A stretch of DNA of 32,000 nucleotides from Erysipelotrichaceae bacterium (GCA_963663995.1 OY760660.1:1140001-1172000); one strand, 5' to 3'. Shown: positions 1 to 7,764, counted from the stretch's first letter. Made by a program: numbers and translations. Notes: generated by a model not told the origin, from the sequence alone.

Positions 1-274
1 GAGAAAGGGATACATCTATTCCTGTTTCTTCATAGAGTTCTCTTTGAGCCGCACGATGTTTATCTTCACCTTTTAAAACAGAACCTGCGGTAATCTCCTA
101 TAGATTACGAAAAGTTTTTTCAGGATGTCTTAAGGTTAATAAAATTTTACCCTCAGGATTAATTGAATAGATACAAACAATACGATGATACACACCTTTC
201 GGTATTTTTTGGCCACGAATTAGATCATAGCCTAAGGCATTCCCTTCAAAATCTAATGCATCAAACAATTCCAT
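1..274 (-). pseudogene. Nudix hydrolase, N-terminal part in window (continues past position 1), interrupted by an in-frame TAG at 98..100
   Basis: Manual minus-strand translation from ATG 274..272: MELFDALDFEGNALGYDLIRGQKIPKGVYHRIVCIYSINPEGKILLTLRHPEKTFRNL*EITAGSVLKGEDKHRAAQRELYEETGIDVSLS. The Nudix box GX5EX7REUXEEXGU is recognisable (GSVLKGEDKHRAAQRELYEETGI). The stop is codon 59 in the same frame. The ATG lies 1 nt after the stop of the upstream gene. Not in the ORF track because both halves are short. Confidence 0.6.
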
Positions 275-275
275 A

Positions 276-1139
276 TTATTTTAAAGACCTAACATAGGCA
301 ACAGCTTCTAGTCCTGCTGTGCATCCTTCACCAACTGCTTTTGCAATCTGCATAAGTCCTGGTGTACAATCACCGGCTGCAAATAGTCCAGGTACATTCG
401 ACGCTTGTTTTTCATCTACAATAATTTTATTCTTTTCAACTAAGGCACCCATCTTAAGTGCTAAGTCGGTTGCGCTAGCTGAACCAACTGCCACAAATAC
501 ACCAGCTACTTCAATGAGTTCACCATTTTCAAGTTGAACTCCTTTTACTGTATTTTCACCAATGATTTCCACTACTTTATCAGTGATGATTTGTACTCTT
601 TCATCAAAATGACCACTTGCTTCTAAACCATTTGTAAAGACGATGACTTTATCGGCTACTTCAACTAATTCATGCGCTTCTTGTGCTGCATAATCAGCAT
701 TACCTAAAACAGCTACAATTTTCTTACGATAGAAAAATGCATCACAAATCGCACAATATGATACACCCTTACCTTCGTAATTTTTTAAACCTTTTATAGG
801 AAGGCTTGCGCGTGGAGACCCTGTCGCAAGTATGACTGCCTTTGCCTCATATTTACCTTGACTTGTAGATACATCAAATCCACCCATCATCGCGTAACTT
901 ACACCTGTAACTTCTTCACTTTTTATTTCAATATCTAACTTTCGAGCTTGATCAAGTCCCTTTTCTAAAAGATCTGGTCCAGTAATCAAATCAAAACCAA
1001 AGTAATTCGCAATCTTATCTGTTTTCGCAAGAGCACCACCATCTTTGCCAATAATTAAAACATTCATATTTGCTCTTTTCGCATAGACTGCAGCTTGTAT
1101 TCCTGCTGGTCCTTTTCCACATACTATCACATCATACAT
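276..1139 (-). CDS. Thioredoxin-reductase-like FAD-dependent disulfide oxidoreductase (low-Mr TrxR fold, atypical NADPH site)
   Basis: N-terminal FAD fingerprint GKGPAGIQAA, redox CxxC in GVSYCAICDAFFYRKK, C-terminal FAAGD motif. RBS AGAGGA upstream of ATG 1139. The second dinucleotide motif reads VAVLGNADYAAQEA and no HRRxxxR motif is present. Confidence 0.8.
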   Translation of the reverse strand: MYDVIVCGKGPAGIQAAVYAKRANMNVLIIGKDGGALAKTDKIANYFGFDLITGPDLLEKGLDQARKLDIEIKSEEVTGVSYAMMGGFDVSTSQGKYEAKAVILATGSPRASLPIKGLKNYEGKGVSYCAICDAFFYRKKIVAVLGNADYAAQEAHELVEVADKVIVFTNGLEASGHFDERVQIITDKVVEIIGENTVKGVQLENGELIEVAGVFVAVGSASATDLALKMGALVEKNKIIVDEKQASNVPGLFAAGDCTPGLMQIAKAVGEGCTAGLEAVAYVRSLK

Positions 1140-1508
1140 TTAGGTACTGTCCTCTTAACTTTTGTTTAATATACACTAAAACCATTATAAAGGAAAAGCT
1201 TATGACTCTTTAATAAAATCATCCATTTTCATTTATTAAGTTTGGTTAAAGCGTTCTCTTCAAATGCATATTATTACTTTATAAAACTTCAATCTTCATT
1301 TTTTCATAAAGCATCTTGTCAATTTTCTTAAAAGCACTACAATTCCTCAAATAATTTAATAATAAGTTTTCTCTAAACAAATCTCTTTAACATAAAAAAA
1401 TGAATCATTTTTTCACTTTATTCTACATCGATTAATATAAATTTAAGCATCATTTATTACAAAATCTTACTCTGGAAGACTAAGTGAAAACTGCTTTGCT
1501 TTTTCAAT

Positions 1509-1586
1509 CTATGATGTATGATTTAATACGGTTCTTGACATTAGAAGCGTGATACTCAAAGTTGCGATAAATACAAGAATAATCAT
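1509..1586 (-). CDS. Candidate 25-aa hydrophobic peptide ORF (MIILVFIATLSITLLMSRTVLNHTS), speculative
   Basis: Only notable ORF in the 552-bp spacer. TATAAT on the minus strand at 1607..1612 about 20 nt upstream. Imperfect hairpin plus ATTTT downstream (about 1461..1484). No Shine-Dalgarno sequence seen, and it could be a chance ORF in T-rich DNA. Confidence 0.12.
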   Translation of the reverse strand: MIILVFIATLSITLLMSRTVLNHTS

Positions 1587-1663
1587 TGGTGATATGACTA
1601 TTTATAATTATATGATGTGAATTTAACACTTATAATTTGAATTGCTCGTTTGGATGCTTAGAA

Positions 1664-1694
1664 GTTAAAAAAACAGATGAAATGCATCTGTTTA
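1664..1694 (-). terminator. Rho-independent terminator after the CBS-ACT gene (end of the liv operon)
   Basis: Minus-strand AACAGATG-CATT-TCATCTGTT stem-loop followed by TTTTTTT. The stem overlaps the TAA stop at 1692..1694. Confidence 0.8.
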
Positions 1695-2318
1695 TCCAAT
1701 TTCGTCTACTGTATACCCGTGAGATTCCAACATTTTTTGAAGTTTTTTATGATCGGTACTATCACAACGAATGTGATAGCCGTCTTCAATGATTGCAGCA
1801 TGGGTGACGTTGATCTTATTTTCCGCAAACAATTTAGTAAAGTCGGCTAAGACACCTACTTGATTACTTGAGAAACGACCTGAAATTCTAGTTGAACCTT
1901 CTAGTGTGTGTCCCATTAATTCAACAAAGGTTTTTAAAACATCACCTGTTGTTAAAATACCCAGTAAGACATTCGCATCACCAACAACTGGTAGACAACC
2001 AATATCTTTCTTCTCCATGATATCAGCTGCTTCTTCCATCGTCATATTAGGAACAGCTGTAACCACTTTTTTAATCATGATATCTTTAACCGTTGTTTTC
2101 GATAAAAGATAATTGAGTTCATGCATGGATAAAGTCGTAAAGTTAGATGGCGTGTTTTTTTGAATGGTTGTTTGAGTAATCAAACCAACCAATTTTCCAT
2201 CTTGTGTTACAGGTAATCGATGTATATCATTTTCTTTCATCAAATCCAAAACTTCAGAGACAGTTTGGTCAGGATTAACTGTAATCGGATCTACAGTCAT
2301 TCTGTGTTTTACATACAT
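1692..2318 (-). CDS. CBS-pair plus C-terminal ACT domain protein (AcuB-like)
   Basis: Two CBS repeats (DIHRLPVTQDGKLVGLIT, DIGCLPVVGDANVLLGILT) followed by an ACT-like tail (GVLADFTKLFAENKINVTH). GGAGG RBS inside the livF 3' end, 5-nt gap from the livF stop. Confidence 0.8.
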   Translation of the reverse strand: MYVKHRMTVDPITVNPDQTVSEVLDLMKENDIHRLPVTQDGKLVGLITQTTIQKNTPSNFTTLSMHELNYLLSKTTVKDIMIKKVVTAVPNMTMEEAADIMEKKDIGCLPVVGDANVLLGILTTGDVLKTFVELMGHTLEGSTRISGRFSSNQVGVLADFTKLFAENKINVTHAAIIEDGYHIRCDSTDHKKLQKMLESHGYTVDEIG

Positions 2319-2323
2319 AAAGG

Positions 2324-3028
2324 TTAACCTCCTAGGTAGACTTTTTGTACTTCTTCAGATTCCATTAATTCTTTACCTGTACCAGATAAAACAATGTTCC
2401 CTGTTTCAAGTACATAAGCTCTGTTTGCAATTTTTAACGCTTGCATAGCGTTTTGTTCAACTAAGAGAATAGTGGTACCTTCATTATTGATTTCTTTAAT
2501 AATATTAAAGATTTCTTTAACCAATAACGGTGCTAAACCCATCGACGGTTCATCTAACAAAAGAAGCTTTGGTCTAGCCATTAAAGCACGTGACATTGCA
2601 AGCATCTGTTGTTCACCACCAGAAAGTGTTGCAGCATCTTGATTGCGTCGTTGATATAGGATATCAAAACGTTTATATATTTTTTCTAAATCTTCCTTGA
2701 TAGCTTCTTTATCTTTTCTTAGATATGCACCCATTAGAAGATTTTCATAAACAGACATACCCGAGAAGATACGACGACCTTCTGGTACTTGAACTAGACC
2801 AGTACTAGGTAGTTTTTGAGCTGGTTGGTTAACCACTTCATTCCCTAAATACATAATTGATCCAGCTGTAGGTGTAATTAAACCACTAATTGTTCTAAGT
2901 AAAGTTGTTTTACCAGCACCATTAGAGCCAATGAGGGAAACAATTTCCCCTTCTTCTACTTCTATATTAACATCTTTTAAAGCATGGATGACACCATAGT
3001 AAACATTTAAATCCGTGACCTTTAACAT
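2324..3028 (-). CDS. livF: Branched-chain amino acid ABC transporter ATP-binding protein (LivF type)
   Basis: Walker A GSNGAGKT, signature LSGGEQQ, Walker B LLLLDEPS. TAATG 1-nt overlap with the upstream gene. Confidence 0.9.
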   Translation of the reverse strand: MLKVTDLNVYYGVIHALKDVNIEVEEGEIVSLIGSNGAGKTTLLRTISGLITPTAGSIMYLGNEVVNQPAQKLPSTGLVQVPEGRRIFSGMSVYENLLMGAYLRKDKEAIKEDLEKIYKRFDILYQRRNQDAATLSGGEQQMLAMSRALMARPKLLLLDEPSMGLAPLLVKEIFNIIKEINNEGTTILLVEQNAMQALKIANRAYVLETGNIVLSGTGKELMESEEVQKVYLGG

Positions 3029-3810
3029 TACTCAGCTTCCTCCTCACCTAAATACGCTTCAATAACTTTAGGATTATTTTTAATTTCTTCTGCATTACCT
3101 GAAGCAATGAGTTTACCGTAATCTAAAACAAAAATACGTTCACAAATTTGCATAACTAAGGACATATCATGTTCAATTAAAACAATGGTTAATCCCATAT
3201 CTCTACGAATCTTTGCGATAAATTGAGTTAAAGCCGCTGTCTCATTTGGATTCATACCAGCTGCAGGCTCATCTAAAAATAATAATTTTGCCCCAGTTGC
3301 CATAGCACGAGCAATTTCAAGTTGTCTTTGTTTACCATAAGGCAAATTCTTAGCGAGTGCATAAGCAAGATCATCTAATTCAACTGTCTTTAAAAATTCA
3401 TGTGCGCGGGTATTAATATCTTCTTCAGATGAATAGAATTTTGGAGAACGTGTTAAAGCACCAAATAAACCATATTTAACTTGTTCATTCATGGCAATTT
3501 TAACATTATCAATAACTGTTAAATCTTTAAATAAACGAATATTTTGGAACGTACGAGCGACACCTTGGTGGGTGATTTTATACGGTGGAAATTTATTTAA
3601 TTCAATTTCTTTACCACTATGATTTAAAAGCACACGACCTGTTGTTGGTTTATAAACACCTGTCAAAACATTAAATAAAGTTGTTTTGCCAGCTCCATTT
3701 GGACCAATTAAACCAACAAGTTCACCTTCTTCAACGGTTAAGGAAACATTTGAAACAGCTGTTAAACCACCAAAACTTTTAGTGATTTTATCAATCGTTA
3801 ATAGACTCAT
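3028..3810 (-). CDS. livG: Branched-chain amino acid ABC transporter ATP-binding protein (LivG type)
   Basis: Walker A GPNGAGKTT, LivG-type signature region LPYGKQRQLEIARA, Walker B LLFLDEPAAG. TAATG overlap with livM. Confidence 0.9.
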   Translation of the reverse strand: MSLLTIDKITKSFGGLTAVSNVSLTVEEGELVGLIGPNGAGKTTLFNVLTGVYKPTTGRVLLNHSGKEIELNKFPPYKITHQGVARTFQNIRLFKDLTVIDNVKIAMNEQVKYGLFGALTRSPKFYSSEEDINTRAHEFLKTVELDDLAYALAKNLPYGKQRQLEIARAMATGAKLLFLDEPAAGMNPNETAALTQFIAKIRRDMGLTIVLIEHDMSLVMQICERIFVLDYGKLIASGNAEEIKNNPKVIEAYLGEEEAE

Positions 3811-4778
3811 TATTTTGCCCCCTTACTGAACTTGTTTTTAAGCGAACTAAAATCAGGCAATATTTTCAAACTTAATTCTTTTGTACCCATTAAACCTTGT
3901 GGTCTAAAGATCATAACGATAATTAATACTAAAGAATAAAGGATCATTCTAATTTCAGCATATGGTTGAAGGAATAAATTAATTAGACCGATGAAAATCG
4001 TCGCAATGACAGATCCAGTTAATGAACCCAATCCACCAAAAACAACAATAATTAAAATATTAATTGAAGTGTTAACACCAAAAGTTTCTGGTTTAACAAC
4101 ATAGTAGGTTGTCGCAAATAATGCCCCTGCAACTGACGCTAGAACAGCGCCAAAGATGAAAGCAATAACTTTATATTTAGTTGTATTAATTCCCATCGCT
4201 TCCGCAGCGATTTCGTCTTCACGTACAGAAACGCAAGCACGACCAATTGATGAATTTTTAAAGTTAGCACTTAAGATTAGCGCTACCACTGTAAAGACAA
4301 AGATTAAAGGAAAATTAACTAACTTCGCAATATTGGAAATACCAGAAGCACCATTTGTAATACTCATATTAAGAATAACAATACGGATAATTTCTCCAAC
4401 CCCTAAAGTTGCGATTGCTAGATAGTCACCTTTAAGACGAAGTGTAGGCATCGCAACGGCAAAGGATACTACGGCTGAAATCACCATACCAATACCCATA
4501 CCCATCAACAAACCAATTAAATCAGGTTGATCTTTAAGAATAATTGCAGCAGAATAAGCCCCAATAGACATAAAGCCAGCATGACCTAATGATAATTGAC
4601 CAGTGATTCCAATAACAATATTTAAACTAGCTCCTAAAATGGCATAAATACCAATCCAATAAAGAATAGTTCTGTAATAAGGCGTAATGACACGAATATC
4701 AATCAAAAATTGAGTTAGAAAATAAACAAGCACTAAAGCAACAGCCCATAATAGGTTCGTTTTATTAAAGAGTTTCAT
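3810..4778 (-). CDS. livM: Branched-chain amino acid ABC transporter permease (LivM type)
   Basis: Polytopic membrane protein. Start moved from the track's 4829 to ATG 4778 (MKLFNKTN...), which has AGGAG 10 nt upstream and sits 1 nt after the livH stop. Confidence 0.88.
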   Translation of the reverse strand: MKLFNKTNLLWAVALVLVYFLTQFLIDIRVITPYYRTILYWIGIYAILGASLNIVIGITGQLSLGHAGFMSIGAYSAAIILKDQPDLIGLLMGMGIGMVISAVVSFAVAMPTLRLKGDYLAIATLGVGEIIRIVILNMSITNGASGISNIAKLVNFPLIFVFTVVALILSANFKNSSIGRACVSVREDEIAAEAMGINTTKYKVIAFIFGAVLASVAGALFATTYYVVKPETFGVNTSINILIIVVFGGLGSLTGSVIATIFIGLINLFLQPYAEIRMILYSLVLIIVMIFRPQGLMGTKELSLKILPDFSSLKNKFSKGAK

Positions 4779-4779
4779 A

Positions 4780-5658
4780 TTAGACTTTCTCCTTAACATT
4801 CTTGCCCAAAAGACCAGTAGGCTTAACAATTAAAACGATAATTAAGATCGCATAAACAACTGCATCTTTATAAAGTGATGATCCATAACCAGCAACGAGT
4901 GTTTCAACTAAGCCAATCGCAAAGCCACCAAACATCGCCCCAGGGATAATACCAATGCCACCTAGAACGGCCGCAACGAAGGCTTTAATACCCGGTGTAA
5001 ATCCCATAAATGGAGATACTTTAATATATAGTAAACCAACCATAATCCCTGCGGCAGCTGCTAAAGCAGAACCAATCGCAAAAGTTATAGTGATTGTGTT
5101 GTCAACATTAACTCCCATTAGTGTTGCTGCATCTTTATCTACCGCAACACAACGCATTGCACGACCCACTTTTGTTTTTTGAACAATAAAGGTCAAAGCA
5201 AGCATAAGAGCAATCGCCGTAAAGAAAATGACGATTCTTAATAAATCAAAACGTACACCTCCAACAACAAATTGTGTACTTGGAATGACTTGTGGGAAAG
5301 CATAAATATTTGCTCCCATAATAACTAACGTTAAATTTTGTACTAAAAATGAAACACCAATTGCAGTAATAAGTGCTGCAACACGTGTTGATTTACGTAA
5401 CGGCTTGTATGCTATACGTTCGATGATTACACCAAATAGTGCAGTAATTGCCATAGCTAGTGGAAATGCAATATAGATTGGTAAACCAACTTGGGAGATT
5501 AAAAGCATCCCAATATAGGAACCAAACATAAAAATTTCACCATGTGCAAAGTTAATGAGTCGAATGATCCCGTAAACCATCGTATAGCCAAGTGCGATTA
5601 ACGCATAAACACTACCAATGGAAAGACCGTTTACAACTTGTTGTAGAAATTGTGTCAT
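4780..5658 (-). CDS. livH: Branched-chain amino acid ABC transporter permease (LivH type)
   Basis: Polytopic membrane protein. Start moved to ATG 5658 (MTQFLQQVVNGL...) with GGGAGAC RBS. The track's longer ORF runs through the intercistronic hairpin. Confidence 0.88.
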   Translation of the reverse strand: MTQFLQQVVNGLSIGSVYALIALGYTMVYGIIRLINFAHGEIFMFGSYIGMLLISQVGLPIYIAFPLAMAITALFGVIIERIAYKPLRKSTRVAALITAIGVSFLVQNLTLVIMGANIYAFPQVIPSTQFVVGGVRFDLLRIVIFFTAIALMLALTFIVQKTKVGRAMRCVAVDKDAATLMGVNVDNTITITFAIGSALAAAAGIMVGLLYIKVSPFMGFTPGIKAFVAAVLGGIGIIPGAMFGGFAIGLVETLVAGYGSSLYKDAVVYAILIIVLIVKPTGLLGKNVKEKV

Positions 5659-5684
5659 AATGTCTCCCTTTAAAAGCAACTTTA

Positions 5685-5727
5685 TTATAAGCAAGAAACA
5701 GGTGAAAGGATACCCTCTCACCTGTTT
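5685..5727 (-). terminator. Strong intercistronic hairpin (partial terminator or mRNA-stabiliser) between livJ and livH
   Basis: Minus strand AAACAGGTGAGAGG-GTAT-CCTTTCACCTGTTT, about 14 bp of stem with one G-U pair and a tetraloop, followed by CTTGCTTAT (moderately U-rich). Confidence 0.5.
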
Positions 5728-5751
5728 AATATTTGTAATTCTTAATTCAGA

Positions 5752-6900
5752 TTAAGGATTAACGATAGTAGCAGTAACTTGTTCACCATTTTGAAGTTCA
5801 ACAACAACCGCAGATTTAATTGGATTGTGTAGTTCATCAAATGAGATAGTACCTGTTACACCAGCAAATTCTGAGATAGCTTCTAAAGCATCACGTACTG
5901 CAACTGGATCATTGCCACCAACTGCAATAGCATCAAATAACATGTAGGCAGCATCATAAGCTAAAGCACTTAAAGCACTTGGAGCTTCACCAGCATATTC
6001 AGTATATGCAGCAATGAAGTCTTGAACTTTTGCATCATTTGATAATGTTGAGAAGTGAGTTGAGAAGTAAACGTTGTTTACATTCGCAGCACCACCAGCT
6101 AAGTCATTAAGATCAGGTGATTCGAAACCATCTGGACCAACGATAGCAACTTCAATACCCATAGCACGAGCTTGACCGATAATTAAACCAGCACGTTCTG
6201 CATAGTCAGCGATGAATAATACATCGAAATCACCAGCAGCTTGTAAGCTTGTTAATTGCGCAGAGAAATCTGTATCTGTATCTGTATAGTATTCAGTAGC
6301 TACAACAGAACCAGCAAAGTTTTCTTCAAAAACAGCAGCTAATTCTTTAGCATAGTCAGATGAATCTGAACCCATAATAGCTGCAGACATTGCGCCTAAT
6401 TCATTAGCAGCAAAGTTAGCAATAACGACACCTTGGAAAGGATCGATAAAGCATGAACGGAAAACCCAAGGGTTAACCATATCGCCATCCATAGTAACAG
6501 CTGAGTTAGTACCAGATGGTGTAAATGTTAATACTTCGTATTCTTTTGCAACAGGACCGATCGCTAAAGTAGGACCAGATGTTGCAGAACCTAACATAGC
6601 GACAACGCCATCTTCGGTTGCAAGTTTAGTTGCATTTTCAACAGCTTTAGCTGTGTCATAAGCATTGTCATATTCTACGACTTCAATCATGGCACCATTG
6701 ATGCCACCAGCAGCGTTGATTTCTTCAACTGCCATAGAGATTGCTACTTGCTCAGGTGTACCATAAACCGCAACAGGACCTGTTAATTCAAGGTTCAGAC
6801 CGATTTTGATAGTTTCTGCTTCAGCTGGTTCTGATGAACAAGCTGTTAAGCCCATGAGAGTTACAGCAATAACTGATAATAAAGCTAAAATTCTCTTCAT
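5752..6900 (-). CDS. livJ: Branched-chain amino acid ABC transporter substrate-binding lipoprotein
   Basis: Signal peptide with lipobox (MKRILALLSVIAVTLMGLTAC). Type I periplasmic-binding fold of the Leu/Ile/Val-binding family. AGGAGGG RBS. Confidence 0.9.
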   Translation of the reverse strand: MKRILALLSVIAVTLMGLTACSSEPAEAETIKIGLNLELTGPVAVYGTPEQVAISMAVEEINAAGGINGAMIEVVEYDNAYDTAKAVENATKLATEDGVVAMLGSATSGPTLAIGPVAKEYEVLTFTPSGTNSAVTMDGDMVNPWVFRSCFIDPFQGVVIANFAANELGAMSAAIMGSDSSDYAKELAAVFEENFAGSVVATEYYTDTDTDFSAQLTSLQAAGDFDVLFIADYAERAGLIIGQARAMGIEVAIVGPDGFESPDLNDLAGGAANVNNVYFSTHFSTLSNDAKVQDFIAAYTEYAGEAPSALSALAYDAAYMLFDAIAVGGNDPVAVRDALEAISEFAGVTGTISFDELHNPIKSAVVVELQNGEQVTATIVNP

Positions 6901-6930
6901 ATGTTTACCCTCCTAATGGTAATTAAATTG

Positions 6931-6959
6931 ATTATAAGTGAAAAAATTGTGAAATTCAA
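6931..6959 (-). promoter_or_regulatory. Sigma-A type promoter of the liv operon
   Basis: Minus strand TTGAAT (6959..6954), 17 nt spacer, TATAAT (6936..6931), about 30 nt upstream of the livJ ATG. Confidence 0.6.
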
Positions 6960-6973
6960 TGAATTTCTTACAT

Positions 6974-6988
6974 TAATTTCTGAAAATT
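6974..6988. promoter_or_regulatory. CodY-box-like palindrome upstream of the liv promoter
   Basis: TAATTTCTGAAAATT matches the Firmicute CodY consensus AATTTTCWGAAAATT at 13 of 15 positions. It lies 14 nt upstream of the -35 hexamer. Confidence 0.35.
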
Positions 6989-7020
6989 GTTTCAAAACTC
7001 GAATTATTTTGTAGTTGTGA

Positions 7021-7048
7021 AATTAAAAACTAGCCTAAGCTAGTTTTC
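7021..7048 (-). terminator. Terminator after tRNA-Lys
   Basis: AAAACTAGC-TTAG-GCTAGTTTT hairpin followed by T on the minus strand, about 10 nt after the tRNA 3' end. The GC core of the stem is short. Confidence 0.5.
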
Positions 7049-7057
7049 TTTGAATTT

Positions 7058-7133
7058 TGGTGACTCGTCAGGGGCTCGAACCCTGGACCCACTGATTAAG
7101 AGTCAGTTGCTCTGCCAACTGAGCTAACGAGTC
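7058..7133 (-). tRNA. tRNA-Lys (anticodon CTT), CCA encoded
   Basis: Manual cloverleaf: acceptor GACTCGT/ACGAGTC, D arm GCTC..GAGC, anticodon stem ACTGA/TCAGT with loop CTCTTAA, T arm CAGGG-TTCGAGC-CCCTG, 76 nt. Confidence 0.9.
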
Positions 7134-7147
7134 AAAAAGGCTTTTTC

Positions 7148-7176
7148 ATAATAGCTCATTTCTACCTTAAGTTCAA
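7148..7176 (-). promoter_or_regulatory. Promoter of tRNA-Lys
   Basis: Minus strand TTGAAC, 17 nt spacer, TATTAT, ending 14 nt upstream of the mature tRNA 5' end. Confidence 0.5.
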
Positions 7177-7245
7177 GAAAGTCTATTCAAGTTTCGCATT
7201 AATTCTTATACACTATATATAATATAGATAAGAAGAGGGGTATAT

Positions 7246-7764
7246 ATGCCAATACAGTACAGAAAAGCAAACAAAACTGATGCACAAGCCGTATTAAATT
7301 ATTTAGATCATATTGGTTCAGAAAGTGATAATTTAACTTTTGGTGAGGAAGGTCTAGGTTATAGTCTAGAAGAGGAAGAAGCTGTTATCGAAAAAATCTT
7401 AGAGAGCGACAATCAAGTCATGTTTCTTGCCTTAGATAAGTCTAAAGTAGTATCCGTCGCAAATTTATCTGCTTCATCTCGCCCTCGAATGAAACATTTC
7501 GCAACCCTTGGCATTTCTGTTTTAAAAGATTATTGGCATCAAGGGATTGCTAGCCATATGATGGAATACATTATGGAATTTGCAAACCAAAATGAAATCT
7601 TAGAAGTAATAAGGTTAGATGTTAGATCCGATAATAAACATGCTATACACTTATATGAAAAATTTGGATTTGAAAAATATGGAGTCTTTAAAGAGGAAAT
7701 GAAGATTAATGGAGAATATATCTCCACCGACAATATGAGAGTCTTATTAAAAAAGGAAAATTAA
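7246..7764 (+). CDS. GNAT-family N-acetyltransferase
   Basis: 172 aa with an acetyl-CoA binding core (WHQGIASHMMEYIMEFA, HAIHLYEKFGFE). RBS AGAGGGG. No partner antitoxin-like gene upstream. Confidence 0.85.
   Translation: MPIQYRKANKTDAQAVLNYLDHIGSESDNLTFGEEGLGYSLEEEEAVIEKILESDNQVMFLALDKSKVVSVANLSASSRPRMKHFATLGISVLKDYWHQGIASHMMEYIMEFANQNEILEVIRLDVRSDNKHAIHLYEKFGFEKYGVFKEEMKINGEYISTDNMRVLLKKEN

Noticed and set aside
98-100. TAG reassignment or a non-standard genetic code as the explanation for the Nudix in-frame stop
   Set aside because: TAG terminates pyrE (18358..18360) and infA (30831..30833) at the expected protein ends, and TGA and TAA also act as stops. I saw no pyrrolysine-type context.
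1535-1540. Plus-strand TTGACA in the 552-bp spacer as a promoter
   Set aside because: No acceptable -10 hexamer lies 16-18 nt downstream (AAAGTT/CAAAGT).
7539-7733. 64-aa minus-strand ORF inside the GNAT gene
   Set aside because: It is antisense to a clear GNAT coding frame, with no RBS and a low-complexity hydrophobic translation.
7246-7764. GNAT gene as the toxin of a GNAT/RHH-type toxin-antitoxin pair
   Set aside because: There is no small antitoxin ORF upstream or downstream (a tRNA-Lys promoter on one side, the IS on the other). The sequence looks like an ordinary RimJ/RimL-like acetyltransferase.
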